This document shows, piece after piece, positions 36,401 through 48,985 of a DNA stretch of 64,000 nucleotides (position 1 is its first letter; each line of letters opens with the position of its first letter). The notes under the pieces were generated by a model. It saw only the letters and a list, made by a program, of their open reading frames with translations, had not been told where the DNA came from and made no database searches. A program made the translations under genes and the position numbers. The stretch comes from Macrostomum lignano (taxonomy: Eukaryota), in NCBI GenBank assembly GCA_002269645.1, contig NIVC01002478.1, positions 62,001 to 126,000 on the forward strand. The letters run 5' to 3'.

Positions 36401-39400
36401 CAAACCAAGCTGGTTCGGCGCGGCCAGAACCCGGTGGTGTTCAAGGAGCGCTTCTTGTACAGCCTGGAGCCGCACCAGCTGGCGCAGAAGACTGTCCGAG
36501 TCCGCCTGCTGGCCGGCCAGAAGCAGCTGGGCGAGACGGAGGTTCGACTGGCCGACGTGGACCTGCAGCGACCGCTGCGGCTGTGGCTGAACCTGCGCGA
36601 GCCCGACCAGGTGAGGCTCTTGAGTAGACGGACGGTAACTTATTATGAATACTATAACCGAGCACGCGCGCGCTCACACGGGGTGTACAGTGTCCCTGAC
36701 TTCCAAATTGTCAGGCTTGGCCATTGTAGACTTTTTACCTTGAGGTTTGGCGCTCACAAACTATTGTGGCCGGCCGCACGCGGAATCGAACCCGTGTCGC
36801 TGACCCCGTTTCGTTTCTTAGAAACATTTTACGCTGGCTATTTATGTTTCTTAGAAGCGAAGAGATAAGCTGCTTCATCATTCCCAGGATTCAACAACCA
36901 ACTCTCTCAAACAAATTAAACCATTGCAGAAGCCGTCCGACCACGGCGAGCTGATGTTCTCGCTCAGCTACCTGCCCACCGCCGAGAGACTGACTGTGGT
37001 CATCGTCAAGGCCAAAAACCTCAAGTGGCCCAAGCCCGACCAAACTGTTGGAGGTGAGGCTACCGGCCAGTTGCTCTGTCGTAGGCTAAAAAACAATCAA
37101 TCTGTTCACAACTGAGAGCTAGAGAGCTTTTTCTGTCTAGGATTTTATTTATTTGTTACTATTAATCCCTTCATCCGATTATCTCACAGTCTTAGAATCC
37201 TATCCTCGTTCAAAATCAATCTACAAGGTTACTTTCCTTAGAGAACATTCTCATCATTAAATTTTCATCCCACCCCCGAATCCCACCCCTGAATCCCACC
37301 CTCTGAATCCCACCCTCTGAATCCCACCCTCTGAATCCCAGCCCCTGAATCCCACCCCCTGAATCCCACCCTCTGAATCCCACCCTCTGAATCCCATCCC
37401 CTGAATCCCACCCCCTGAATCCCACCCCTGAATCCCACCCCTGAATCCCACCCCTGAATCCCACTCTCTGAATCCCACCCCCTGAATCCCACCCCCTGAA
37501 TCCCACCCCCTGAATCCCACCCCTGAATCCCACTCTCTGAATCCCACCCCTGAATCCCACCCCCTGAATCCCACCCCCTGAATCCCACCCCCTGAATCCC
37601 ATCCTCTGAGAATCCCATTCTCTGAGAATCCCATCCTCTTAGAGGAATCCCATCCTCTGAAAATCCCATCGTCTTAGAGGAATCCCATCATTTGAGACTC
37701 CCATTCTCTTCGTAGGATACCATCATGCAAAGCTGCAAAGTACAAAGCTTGAAAAAAAGCAATTTGAACACTCATCAGTCAGGCAACATTATAAAGGCTG
37801 ACAGACTGACAGACGGGCAGGCCAGCCCAGCCGGGAGACCCTCAGATGGGGCCAGTAGAGATGATGGATGATTTTAGCTGTGCTCAGCGGCAGGCCCAAG
37901 TGAAGTACATTGCGACTTACAGACGATGCGGATTAGCAGAGGCAAACACAAGTGAAGATCGGTATGGGCATTTTTCATAATCGCTCCAGTTCAGCAGGTT
38001 AGGCGCACAGCTCAACAGTCTCCAAAAAGCCGGGTCGCTCATTTTCCTTTTAGAAGAAGCAGAGAGAAAAAAGAGGAAAGAGTAGGAGAGATCGATTTGC
38101 TGCTTTACAGGGGCTGCAGAAAGTGGTGAAGTGAAATCCGCCATAGTAAAATTGATTGCAAGGCAGGGGAAAAAGAAATCTGAGAGTTGCTGGGAAATCC
38201 GAGACTGCTCATTACCCCGGGACCGAGTTGAGTCGGACGGAAGTTGCTAAAAATGTTCCGCGCAGACTCTCCGCAGCTGGCGGCCGGGCCAGTTTTATGC
38301 CTACGGGGCGGGTGTGGGGGAATTTCATGCCTGCTCCGATCCTTAACAATTTTCTTTGCGCTGCGCGATCTTTTTTCTCACGCGCTTATAGGGAGTCATT
38401 CGCCTCCGGCAAAATCCCTCGGTTATTTTTCTTTCCAAGCTTCCTCAATTTCCTCACGAGACTTCAATTGGAAACTTGTCCTTTAATGTAATGATCGCTG
38501 TGCAACCCTGTGCCACGCAATTCTCGCAGACGTACTAGTGAAGGTGCACCTGATTCAGAACGGCAAACGCCTCGCCAAGAAGAAGACATCCGTGAAGAAG
38601 AACGAGAGCCAGCCAACCTACAATGAGGCCATGATATTCAACGTGTCCCAGACTAGTCTGTCTGTAAGTTTGCAATTCGGATATTGATGTAACCGCCCTT
38701 GTCGCCCGTCCGCTCCGCGTGGAGGCGAACGCATGACCAGAGGGGGCAATGACGTAGGCTGCCTATGACCTGGCCCAGTTTCGACGGCTCTGCTCAGGAG
38801 GTGCACGGAGATCGGAGGTCACTTTTGAAAAATTTCCCTTGCCATATCCCGCGACCAGAGCGTGGTTACATCAATATAAAGTTTTTGTGTGTTCATTGTA
38901 CATTGGCTAGCGTGCATGCCGAGGCTGAGTAAAACTCTAACTGAATCTCCTGCGCGCACATTGAAACAAAAACGTAGTGGAGTGGGCGTTCTAGGGAAGT
39001 CTATTATAGCCTAGCTAATTTCCTTTCCCTCTTCTCTCATTGGCTGGCGTGCAAGCCGTGGCTGACTAACTGTAAAATCTCTTTACCCTTTAACACCCAC
39101 CTCACTCCGCCGTTGGTTTTAATGTACATGCAGTTGTTAGTCAGTCCATACCCTCATTTTCTTGCCCATCTATTCTCCCATTGGCCGGCGTGCAAGCCAG
39201 TTGAGAACTAAAACTTTTCTACCCTTGAACGTTCACACCTAACCCCTCAGGCTGTGCAGCTGCGCATAACCGTAGCCGAGATTCGCCATGACGGTCGCCT
39301 AGCTAGCATTGGTCACGTGATTATTGGCTCGCAGACTGGCGGAACGGAGCTAACTCACTGGCAGCAGATGGTCACTTCGCTGCGCAAGCCAGTGGCCATG

Positions 39401-39424
39401 TGGCATCATCTGCGCAAGAAGTGA
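33441..39424 (+). CDS. SYT12: Synaptotagmin-12 orthologue; exons 33441-33617, 35425-35542, 36129-36610, 36930-37053, 38530-38663, 39251-39424 (~402 aa)
   Basis: N-terminal TM helix and phase-consistent GT-AG introns (1209 nt in total). C2A contains [11 protein letters not shown]2B contains [43 protein letters not shown] and [25 protein letters not shown], close to recalled SYT12 sequence. Confidence 0.88.
35640..36062. repeat. 30-bp minisatellite GCAGTGTACAATGAGGGATAGGAAAACTGA (SYT12 intron 2)
   Basis: ~14 units. Confidence 0.95.
37265..37715. repeat. ~17-bp C-rich minisatellite TGAATCCCACCCC(T)C (SYT12 intron 4)
   Basis: Tandem array. Confidence 0.9.
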
Positions 39425-40494
39425 AGATCCCTAGTATGAAGACGATTGGTATGCAAGATTATACGCTCGACCGATTTTGATAGCACGCTGAGCAGACCTG
39501 AAGAATATTAAGGAATCTAAGAGCAGAAACGTAAAGCAACTATAGTAAGAGTACAAGAACGAGCTGTGAACAATTTTGTCAGAACATTACATTAGTCGTG
39601 TTTCCTTAAAAAATTGTCGTTACATATATTTCGTAACACTATAAGATAACTCTTGATATGCTTGTGTTCTTTCTATGCCAGTAGTGACGCTTATTTTTGT
39701 TTCTTGTGAGCACAAAATCCAATGAGCTTGCGAAAACGATAACAGGAAGGGTGACAACTTCTAATTATGAATTCGTGAAGCCCAGCTAACCTAAATTAGT
39801 CTTAATTATTTTTATCATAGTTCCGAAAATCCCGTTGTTTTTTGTTTCTTAGAATATGGCAGATAGAATTTGTTAATTCGCTTTCCAGAATATCAATGAT
39901 GCATATTTTGTTTTATATTGGATCTATAGTTATACTACACTCTACTAAACTATTTTCTAGTTTTGTTAAACTTGTCCTTGTGTTTGTTAATCTGTTAATC
40001 TATTTATCAATGCATTCATCCACATCTACCTGTTTAAGTCTGTGTTCGTGTGCATTTATATTTATACTCATAGAATATTATATAATTTATTCGGCGTTTA
40101 TTATATTTTAACATATCCCTATAATGTAGGAACTAGAAAATCGATATATTTATATATATACTCTATTCAGATGTTCAGATGTCGTGCTTCAAATTACGGA
40201 CACGTGCACTTGTGTTTCGATCAAAGTTTAAAAAACAGAGCGTCATTGTCATACATGCGTTTAAGTGTTCAAAACAGCAAATATAAACTTTCGATTGTGT
40301 GGTGTCAAATCGTGGCCTTTTCTGCTTTTAGAATCATTTCATTACAGTCGTGTGTACCGCACTAGGTGTGGGATGGGTTAGGGCTGAGTTATTGAAATCA
40401 TTAGTGTAACAATATATCCATAGGAATAAAAAAAAACTATCTACGAGCGATACCAGATACCAGAGTGCTTCGTTTTGTTACACATAGTGACGCT

Positions 40495-40955
40495 GTGCTG
40501 CGCTGGCGGGACGCGCTGTGCTTGGGAGGGTTGGGGTGACGCTGTGCTTGGGAGGGTTGGGGTGACGCTGTGCTTGGGAGGGTTGGGGTGACGCTGTGCT
40601 TGGGGGGTTGGGGTGACGCTGTGGTTGGGGGGGGGGGTTGGGGTGACGTTGTGCTTGGGGGAGTTGGGGTGACGCTGTGCTTGGGGGGGGGGGTTGGGGT
40701 GACGCTGGGCTTGGGGAGGGTTGTGGGTGACGCTGTGGTTGGGGGGGGGGTTGGGGGTGACGCTGTGCTTGGGGGAGGGGTTGGGGGTGACGCTGTGCTT
40801 GGGGGTGACGCCGTTCTTGGGGTTGGGGTGACGCTGTGCTTGAGGAGGGGGGTTGGGGTGACGCTGTGCTTGGGGGTTGGGGGTGACGCTGTGCTTGGGG
40901 GGGGAGGTTGTTGGGTGACGCTGTGGTTGGGGGGGGGACGCTGTGCTTGGGGGGA
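40495..40955. repeat. ~26-bp G-rich minisatellite GGTGACGCTGTGCTTGGGAGGGTTGG
   Basis: Tandem array with variable G runs. Confidence 0.9.
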
Positions 40956-41489
40956 GCCTGTACTGGGGGTGCTTCTGTGATGGAGGGATGACATTGTGCT
41001 GTGAAGGGGCGAAACTGTGCTGTTAATGCAATTTGAAAGCATCAATTCGCTTCATTTTTCATTTCACATGGAATTATGAGTAAGTACTAAACCCATACTA
41101 AAGGAAAAATTAAATAAACTGAACAATCAAAAGGTTGTATCGCAGATCGGAGTGTTTCGGGTAATTTTGCTAAATAAGCAATGACAGACGGGCTCATCAA
41201 TCAATCAATTAAAACTAAAGGAAAACAAAAATTGATATAAAGACAGCGCACACGCACACACAGTAAGCGGTTTATTTTGTTAACAAATACGATACAACTG
41301 TTGTTACTTATTGTATGCAGCTTGAAGTTGAATCATCAATTAAATTAATCTGATAGACAGTAAGTCTGACGTGTCTGGAAACTAATAGCAGCAAAATGGC
41401 TTTACAGAACTGATAAAACGCTGCAGTATTGTATTAATTAGACGCAATAATTGGGACTTTCAGTAGCAGGGGTAAATATTTTCAGTCTT

Positions 41490-42790
41490 ACCAGATTATT
41501 GACAACCGGAAGTTATCAACTATCAGATTATCGATAACCGGAAGCTATCAACTATCAGAGTATTGACAACCGGAAGTTATCAACAATCAGATTATCGATA
41601 ACCGGAAGCTATCAACTATCAGAGTATTGACAACCGGAAGTTATCAACTATCAGATTATCGATAACCGGAAGCTATCAACTATCAGAGTATTGACAACCG
41701 GAAGTTATCAACAATCAGATTATCGATAACCGGAAGCTATCAACTATCAGAGTATTGACAACCGGAAGTTATCAACTATCAGATTATCGATAACCGGAAG
41801 CTATCAACTATCAGAGTATTGACAACCGGAAGTTATCAACTATCAGATTATCGATAACCGGAAGCTATCAACTATCAGAGTATTGACAACCGGAAGTTAT
41901 CAACTATCAGATTATCGATAACCGGAAGCTATCAACTATCAGAGTATTGACAACCGGAAGTTATCAACAATCAGATTATCGATAACCGGAAGCTATCAAC
42001 TATCAGAGTATTGACAACCGGAAGTTATCAACTATCAGATTATCGATAACCGGAAGCTATCAACTATCAGAGTATTGACAATCGGAAGCTATTAACTACC
42101 AGTGACAATCGGAAGTTATCAACTACCATACAGTTACAACCGGAAGCTATTAACTATCAGACAGTAACAACCGGAAGCTATTGGCTACCAGACAGTGAAA
42201 ACCGGAAGCTATTGACTACCAGACAGTGACAACCAGAAGCTATTAACTATCGGACAGTGAAAACCGGAAGCTATTGACTACCAGACAGTGACAACTATAA
42301 GCCATTAACTATCAGACAGTGACAACCGGAAGTTATAACGTCCCAGATTATTGGCAACCGGAAGCTATCAACTAAGCTATCAAATATCAGAGTATTGACA
42401 ACTGGAAGCTATCAACTATCAGATTATACGCTCGTACACAACCGGAAGCTATTAACTACCATACAGTTACAACCGGAAGCTATTGACTTCCAGCCAGTGA
42501 CAACCGGAAGTTATCGTTATCACCCGATTTGATGACTCATCAGATTATTGACAACCGGAAGCTATTAACTACCAGACAGTGACCGGAAGTTATCACCTAG
42601 CAGATTATTGACAACCGGAAGTTATCACCTACCAGATTATTGACAACCGGAAGTTATCACCTACCAGATTATTGAAAACCGGAAGTTATCACCTACCAGA
42701 TTATTGACAACCGGAAGTTATCACCTACCAGATTATTGACAACCGGAAGTTATCACCTACCAGATTATTGACAACCGGAAGCTATCAATC
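41490..42790. repeat. 32-bp minisatellite CCGGAAG(T/C)TATCAACTATCAGA.. with a 64-bp dimeric higher-order repeat
   Basis: Period 32 with alternating A/B units and a degenerate middle. Confidence 0.93.
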
Positions 42791-43554
42791 CCAATCTATA
42801 GACAAAGGTAATAGAAAGCCAGTGAACTGTTGATCACGTTAAGGTTGAGTCCTACAACTTAGTGAGTGAATAAACAAATATCTGATACTGCAGATCAATG
42901 TTGACAAGCAGTAAAAAAACAAGCAAAGAAACATAAAAAAGCAGAGTTCATCAACTCAACAGGAGATGATGGAAGTTAAAAAAAAACACGATATCATGGA
43001 ACAACATCGTTATCGTTTGTTTAAAAAAAGAAGCGGACAGAATCGAAAATTTGAAGCAACAGAAAATCAACAGCAGCGGAAAATTAAGTAATTCTTTATT
43101 TTATTCTAATATTATATGGTTTTTACGCAATATATATATATATATCGTAATGCATTTTTTCTAAATCGGTGCAAACACAACACAGTGAGATTAGCGGTAT
43201 ATAAAAACAAAAATGGTGTGCATTTTACAATCAGATCGACACCTATTAGTAGAGAAAAACGAGATAACTAATAAATAGGACTAAAAAATGAAAACAGCTA
43301 AATGAACTGACGTAAATCAAGAGACAGACAAATTTTTATTAAGTCAATTTCAATGTCTTGCAAGCAACAAGCCTAGAGATAAGCAACTGTCCATCAATGA
43401 GTCATTATTGATAGTACCAGTCACGAAACAGTAACAATATCAGACAGAGCAAAAGGACTCAAAAAAAGTTTTTTATTCATGGTAAGGGAGCCTACTGATA
43501 AGAGAAATATATAAGGAGGCTGGGGTGGGGAGATGAAGATTGACGGTGATATGG

Positions 43555-44265
43555 AGGGTGAGAAGGTTGTGCTGGACCTGGAGGCAGGGTGAGATAGTAG
43601 GGTGAGAGGAAGGGAACGTGAAATAAGAGATGCGATGGGAGTGTGACATGGAGGGTGAGATGGAGGGTGAGATGAAGGGTGAGATAGTTAGTCATGGGTG
43701 AGATGGGGGCAGGATGAAATTTAGGTGAGATGGAAGGAGGATGAGATCGAGGGTGAGATGGAGGGTGAGATGGAAGGAGAGTGAGATAGAGGGTGAGATG
43801 GAAGGAGAGTGAGATAGAGGGTGAGATGGAAGGAGAGTGAGATAGAGGGTGAGATGGAAGGAGAGTGAGATAGAGGGTGAGATGGAAGGAGAGTGAGATA
43901 GAGGGTGAGATGGAAGGAGAGTGAGATAGAGGGTGAGATGGAAGGAGGGTGAGATAGAGGGTGAGATGGAAGGAGAGTGAGATAGAGGGTGAGATGGAAG
44001 GAGAGTGAGATAGAGGGTGAGATGGAAGGAGAGTGAGATAGAGGGTGAGATGGAAGGAGGGTGAGATAGAGGGTGAGATGGGGCAGGGTGAGATGGAGGG
44101 TGAGATGGAAGGAGGATGAGATCGAGGGTGAGATGGAAGGAGGGTGAGATAGAGGGTGAGATGGGGGCAGGGTGAGATGGAGGGTGAGGTGGAAGGAGAG
44201 TGAGATAGAGGGCGAGATGGAAGGAGGGTGGATGGGGGTAGGGTGAAATGGAGGGTGAGATGGAG
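43555..44265. repeat. 28-bp purine-rich minisatellite GAGGGTGAGATGGAAGGAGAGTGAGATA
   Basis: Tandem array downstream of the ZSWIM8 stop codon. Confidence 0.9.
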
Positions 44266-44552
44266 AAGGTAAAACGCGGAGGGTTGAGACTACGGAAGAA
44301 TGAGAGAAAGAGATGGATAGAGATGGGTGCATCAGGAAGGAATTAGCAGAGAAACTAGCTAGCAGTATTGCAAACCAGTGAGCAAACTTCTCAGCCAATG
44401 CGCAACAACCAGATGTTTATATAGGTGAAAAAAGCAGAATTTCAATTCGACGTGACAACCAACAAGCGGAGAGTATTAATGAAGTTTAAGCGGCCCACAA
44501 ATGACGCACTTATAATCATGGTGACTAGAATGTGACTGAGCGGGCCAGAGAG

Positions 44553-47500
44553 TCACTGCAGGTGAATAGTCTGTACACCAGCCATGATTCGATTCCACAG
44601 GTCCTTCTTGCATTTCGGATGATTTTTAATGCTAGTTAGCAACTGCTGCCACTGCTGATTGGGATCGATTGGCGGGAAGTCTTCTTTAGCCCGATGGGCG
44701 CGCAGGATGTAGGAGACCAGATCGTCCCATTCGTTGGTGGTCAGGTGGTTTAGCCGGTAATCGATGTACGAGTGGTATCTGCAACAGGCGGGGGAGTGAC
44801 AGAGTGTTCTTTATGCGATGGCGTTTGACGGCGATTCTGAGTGGGCTTGAGGGCGATTCTGAGTGGGCTTGAGGGCGATTCTGAATGGGCTTGAGGGCGA
44901 TTCTGAATGGGGTTTGAGGGCGATTCTGAATGGGTTTGAAGGCGATTCTGAATGGATTTGAGGGCGATTCTGAATGGGTTTGAAGGCGATTCTCAATGGG
45001 GTTTGAGGGCGATTCTAAGTGGGCTTGAGGGCGATTCTGAATGGGTTTGAGGGCGATTCTGAATGGGTTTGAGGGCGATTCTGAATGGGTTTGAAGGCGA
45101 TTCTCAATGGGGTTTGAGGGCGATTCTAAGTGGGCTTGAGGGCGATTCTGAATGGGTTTGAGGGCGATTCTGAATGGGTTTGAGGGCGATTCTGAATGGG
45201 GCTTGAAGGCGATTCTGGATGGGGTTTGAGGGCGATTCTGAATGGGCTTGAAGGCGATTCTCAATGGGTTTGAGGGCGATTCTGGATGGGGTTTGAGAGC
45301 GATTCTGGATGGGTTTGAGGGCGATTCTGAATGGGTTTGAGGGCGATTCTGGATGGGGTTTGAGGGCGATTCTGGGTGGGGTTTGAGGGCGATTCTGAAT
45401 GGGTTTGAGGGCGATTCTGGATGGGGTTTGAGGGCGATTCTGGATGGGGTTTGAGGGCGATTCTGAATGGGGCTTGAAGGCGATTCTGGATGGGGTTTGA
45501 AGGCGATTCTGAATGGGTTTGAGGGCGATTCTGAATGGGGCTTAAAGGCGATTCTGGGTGGGTTTGAGGGCGATTCTGGGTGGGGTTTGAGGACGATTCT
45601 GGGTGGGGTTTGAGAGCGATTCTGGGTGGGTTTGAGGGCGATTCTGGGTGGGGTTTGAGGGCGATTCTGGGTGGGGTTTGAGGGCGATTCTGAATGGGGT
45701 CGAGGGCGATTCTGGATGGGGTTTGAGGGCGATTCTGGGTGGGGTTTGAGGGCGATTCTGGGTGGGGTTTGAGGGCGATTCTGAATGGGGTTTGAGGACG
45801 ATTCTGGATGGGGTCGAGGGCGATTCTCAATGCAATCAGCCACTTACAGCTTGTGCAGCCGGTTAGTCAGCTTCACAATCTCAGACTGAGTAGAATGAGA
45901 CGCCGGAGACGCTTGGGAATAAAGCGACACCTGGCGAATAATCTGCTCGAGCACGTCCGGCTTGTGGATGCAGCCAAGCACCAGGGTGCAATAATCCACT
46001 ACAGCTTTATAGTCTAACCGCACAGCCACAGACAGGGCCCATTGCACCTCGCCGCCGTATTGATTGTTAGGCCCGAATCTGGAGTTATCCCGACTGCTAC
46101 TACTGAACAATTGCGCATCGTTTCGACTAGTTGGCGGCTGATAGAATGCTTTCATTGCGCGCAGGGCGCAGTTGAATGCATTCTCTAAATATTGGCGAGT
46201 CTTGGTTGAAGCTTGCGGAGGTGTTGGTTGCTGCTGCTGCTGCTGTTGTTGTTGCTGTTGGTGAGTAGCGAAACGAGCTGCAACCTGATGATGCTGCTGC
46301 TGTTGGTAATGCTGATGCTGCTGATGGTGATGACCGTGCGGAGATGGCACGAAAGGGCCAATGAGACCTGCAGGAGTCCAGTGCTGCTGCTGCTGTTGCG
46401 ACTGACTCGAAGTCTGAGGCGGCGGCGGTGGCGGCGGCGTATTGGCGTAAAAGTGCGGCGGCGGCGGCGGCGGACGGGCAGGAGAATAGAACGCAGGCGG
46501 GGGCGGCGGATGGGAAGTCATGTGACCGAAGTGTGAAGCCGGGTAGCAACCAGGAGGCGGCGGGTAGAGAGGGCCGGGCATTGGAGCGAACTGCGCCGCA
46601 GACTGAGGCGGAAGCGGCTGCGGAGGCTGCTGCGGAGGCGCCTGCGGAGGCGGCCAAAAGACGGAGGCGGCAGCGGCCGCTTGCGAAGTGATGATTGGAG
46701 CATCTGGCGGCATCCGAGCCGCTGACGGAACAGTCGATCGTTGAACTGGCTGGCTGGCCGGCGGCGCGGAGGACTCGTACAGTTCGTACCACTGCTTGGC
46801 GACCTGGGTGAGGGAGTAGGAGCGGCATTATCTTGGGTATAGTCTGCTGCTACTAGGGGAACCGAGTGTGACGATGGGTCTGATGTGACAATATAGTCCT
46901 TCAGGGTGACAATATAGTCCTTCAAGGTGACAATATGGTCCTTCAGGGTGACAATATGGTCCTTCAGGGTGACGATAAGGTCCTTCAGAGCGACAATAAG
47001 GTCCTTCAGGGTGACAATATAGTCCTTCAGGGTGACGATAAGGTCCTTCAGAGCGACAATAAGGTCCTTCAGGGTGACAATATAGTCCTTCAGGGTGACA
47101 ATATGGTCCTTCAGGGTGACAATATGGTCCTTCAGGGCGACAATATGGTCCTTCAGGGTGACAATATAGTCCTTCAGGGTGACAACTGACAATATGGTCC
47201 TTCAGGACGACAACAAGGTCCTTCAGGGCGACAATAAGGTCCTTCAGGGCGACAATATGGTCCTTCAGGGTGACAATATGCTCGTTCAAGGAGACTAAAT
47301 GGTCCTTCAGGGCGCCGATATAAGCCTTCAGGGGTGTCAATGTAGGTCTCTTGGTAGTGAAAACACAATTAAAATTAGATTAAATCTATTATAAACACAA
47401 TGTTGAAGACAAGTCAGACCTGGAACAGCACAGTAGGATGCACTCCGCCTGCCATTTTCTTAGCGGACGCGTCAACCGCGTAGAGTCCCTTCTCCAGCAC

Positions 47501-48942
47501 CTCCAGACTCTGATCCTTGCACTGGTCTAGGCAGCGGCGGATCTCCTGCGGATTTAGCGTGTGCGCCTCGTGCAGACAGTCGAGGCACAGTTGGGCGGCC
47601 ACCGCGCAGATGCCCTGGTCCCGGTTGCGGGCCACCTTGTCGGCTGGATGAGATGACGAATATTGACGATGAGATGACAAACGTGCTAGTAATGGAATTT
47701 ACATGTATTTGATTACACCTGCCCTAATTAGTCCAGATGTGCAACCGACAGCTCAGCCGCAGCTATTGCGCGGCGCATCTGAAGGCTGCGTACGGCTATT
47801 CAGTCCAAGGACTGGGGGTCGCCACACTCACCCTCAATTACCCCAGTAATGCTGGCACCCATTTTACAGCTGGGTGAACTGAAGCAATGCTTAAGGACAC
47901 AATTTTTTCCGAGTGGGTCGGGAATCGAACCCCCGACCTTTCAGTCGTGCTTGATGCGTTAACCACTAGGCTTCAACCCCCATAGGTTAGGAATGATTTT
48001 AAAGTCTGGTGGCGATCTTCTAAGGTTAGGGAAGAATACTACCAAGAGCTTAGTGGCGATTTTCATGAGCTCAGGGGCGATACTCATGATATAAGGGCGA
48101 GTCTCAAAGCCTTAGAGGTGACTCAAGCTTAGTGGCAGTTCTTTTATCATTATCTTTTAACGATTATCATAGTTTTCAGTTCAATATTGTGAATTTCATG
48201 ATTTAGAATTGTCAAAACACAGTTCGTACATACATATAGATTATCTAAGGACAATATGTACTTGTAAAACGCTAGAAGAAAGTGAAACTAACCAATAACG
48301 GCCACCTCAGGCGGTGTCAGGTGCTGTCTCCAGGTGACAAGCAGTATTGATAGAGCAGCTGTGCCAACTTCAGTCACCACATTCTGTATCCAGCTGACAT
48401 GAGAAGAATAGGTCCTACTCTGCCAGGTGCTGTTAACGCAGTTGTACAGGCCCAGGGCGTACAGTCCGACCTGAAAGGCGGCCAACTGCAGATAGCGATG
48501 CGGCCCATTGTTGCCCCCAGTCGGGTCCTGCTGGAACACTGGCGCTGATGCGGCGCTGCCGCCGGCTTTGTGCTGCAAAGTTTTCGCCAATTCGAACATG
48601 TGATGCGCCAGCGCCTCCGTTGGCTTGTTGGACTCGGCCGCGGCGGCTACCGCGGCTGCGACTGCCGATGCTTGAGCTGACGGCGGCAACTGCCCGACAG
48701 TGTAGGGAGAGGACGACTTGGGAACTGGCGGCTGCGGCGGCGGCTGCTGATACTGGGGCCTGTGACATTTTGATGAGTTGAAATTTTGTACCATTTATAC
48801 TACTAACTCCAAGTAGCTTGACAGTAACAATGTATCTAAATCTTGTTCTTGCACTGATGGCCGATGGGGGAATTACTGGTACTTGTAAAAAGCTTCAGTC
48901 AACAGTGTTTGTTTAATAACTTATTCAAATTCGCTATTCTAA

Positions 48943-48985
<43 letters not shown>

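Noticed and set aside
46127-46860. Alternative ZSWIM8 acceptor at a TAGTAGCAGCAG run (46856-46844)
   Set aside because: It gives a frame without homology; the acceptor at 46803 restores the conserved VAKQWYELYE.
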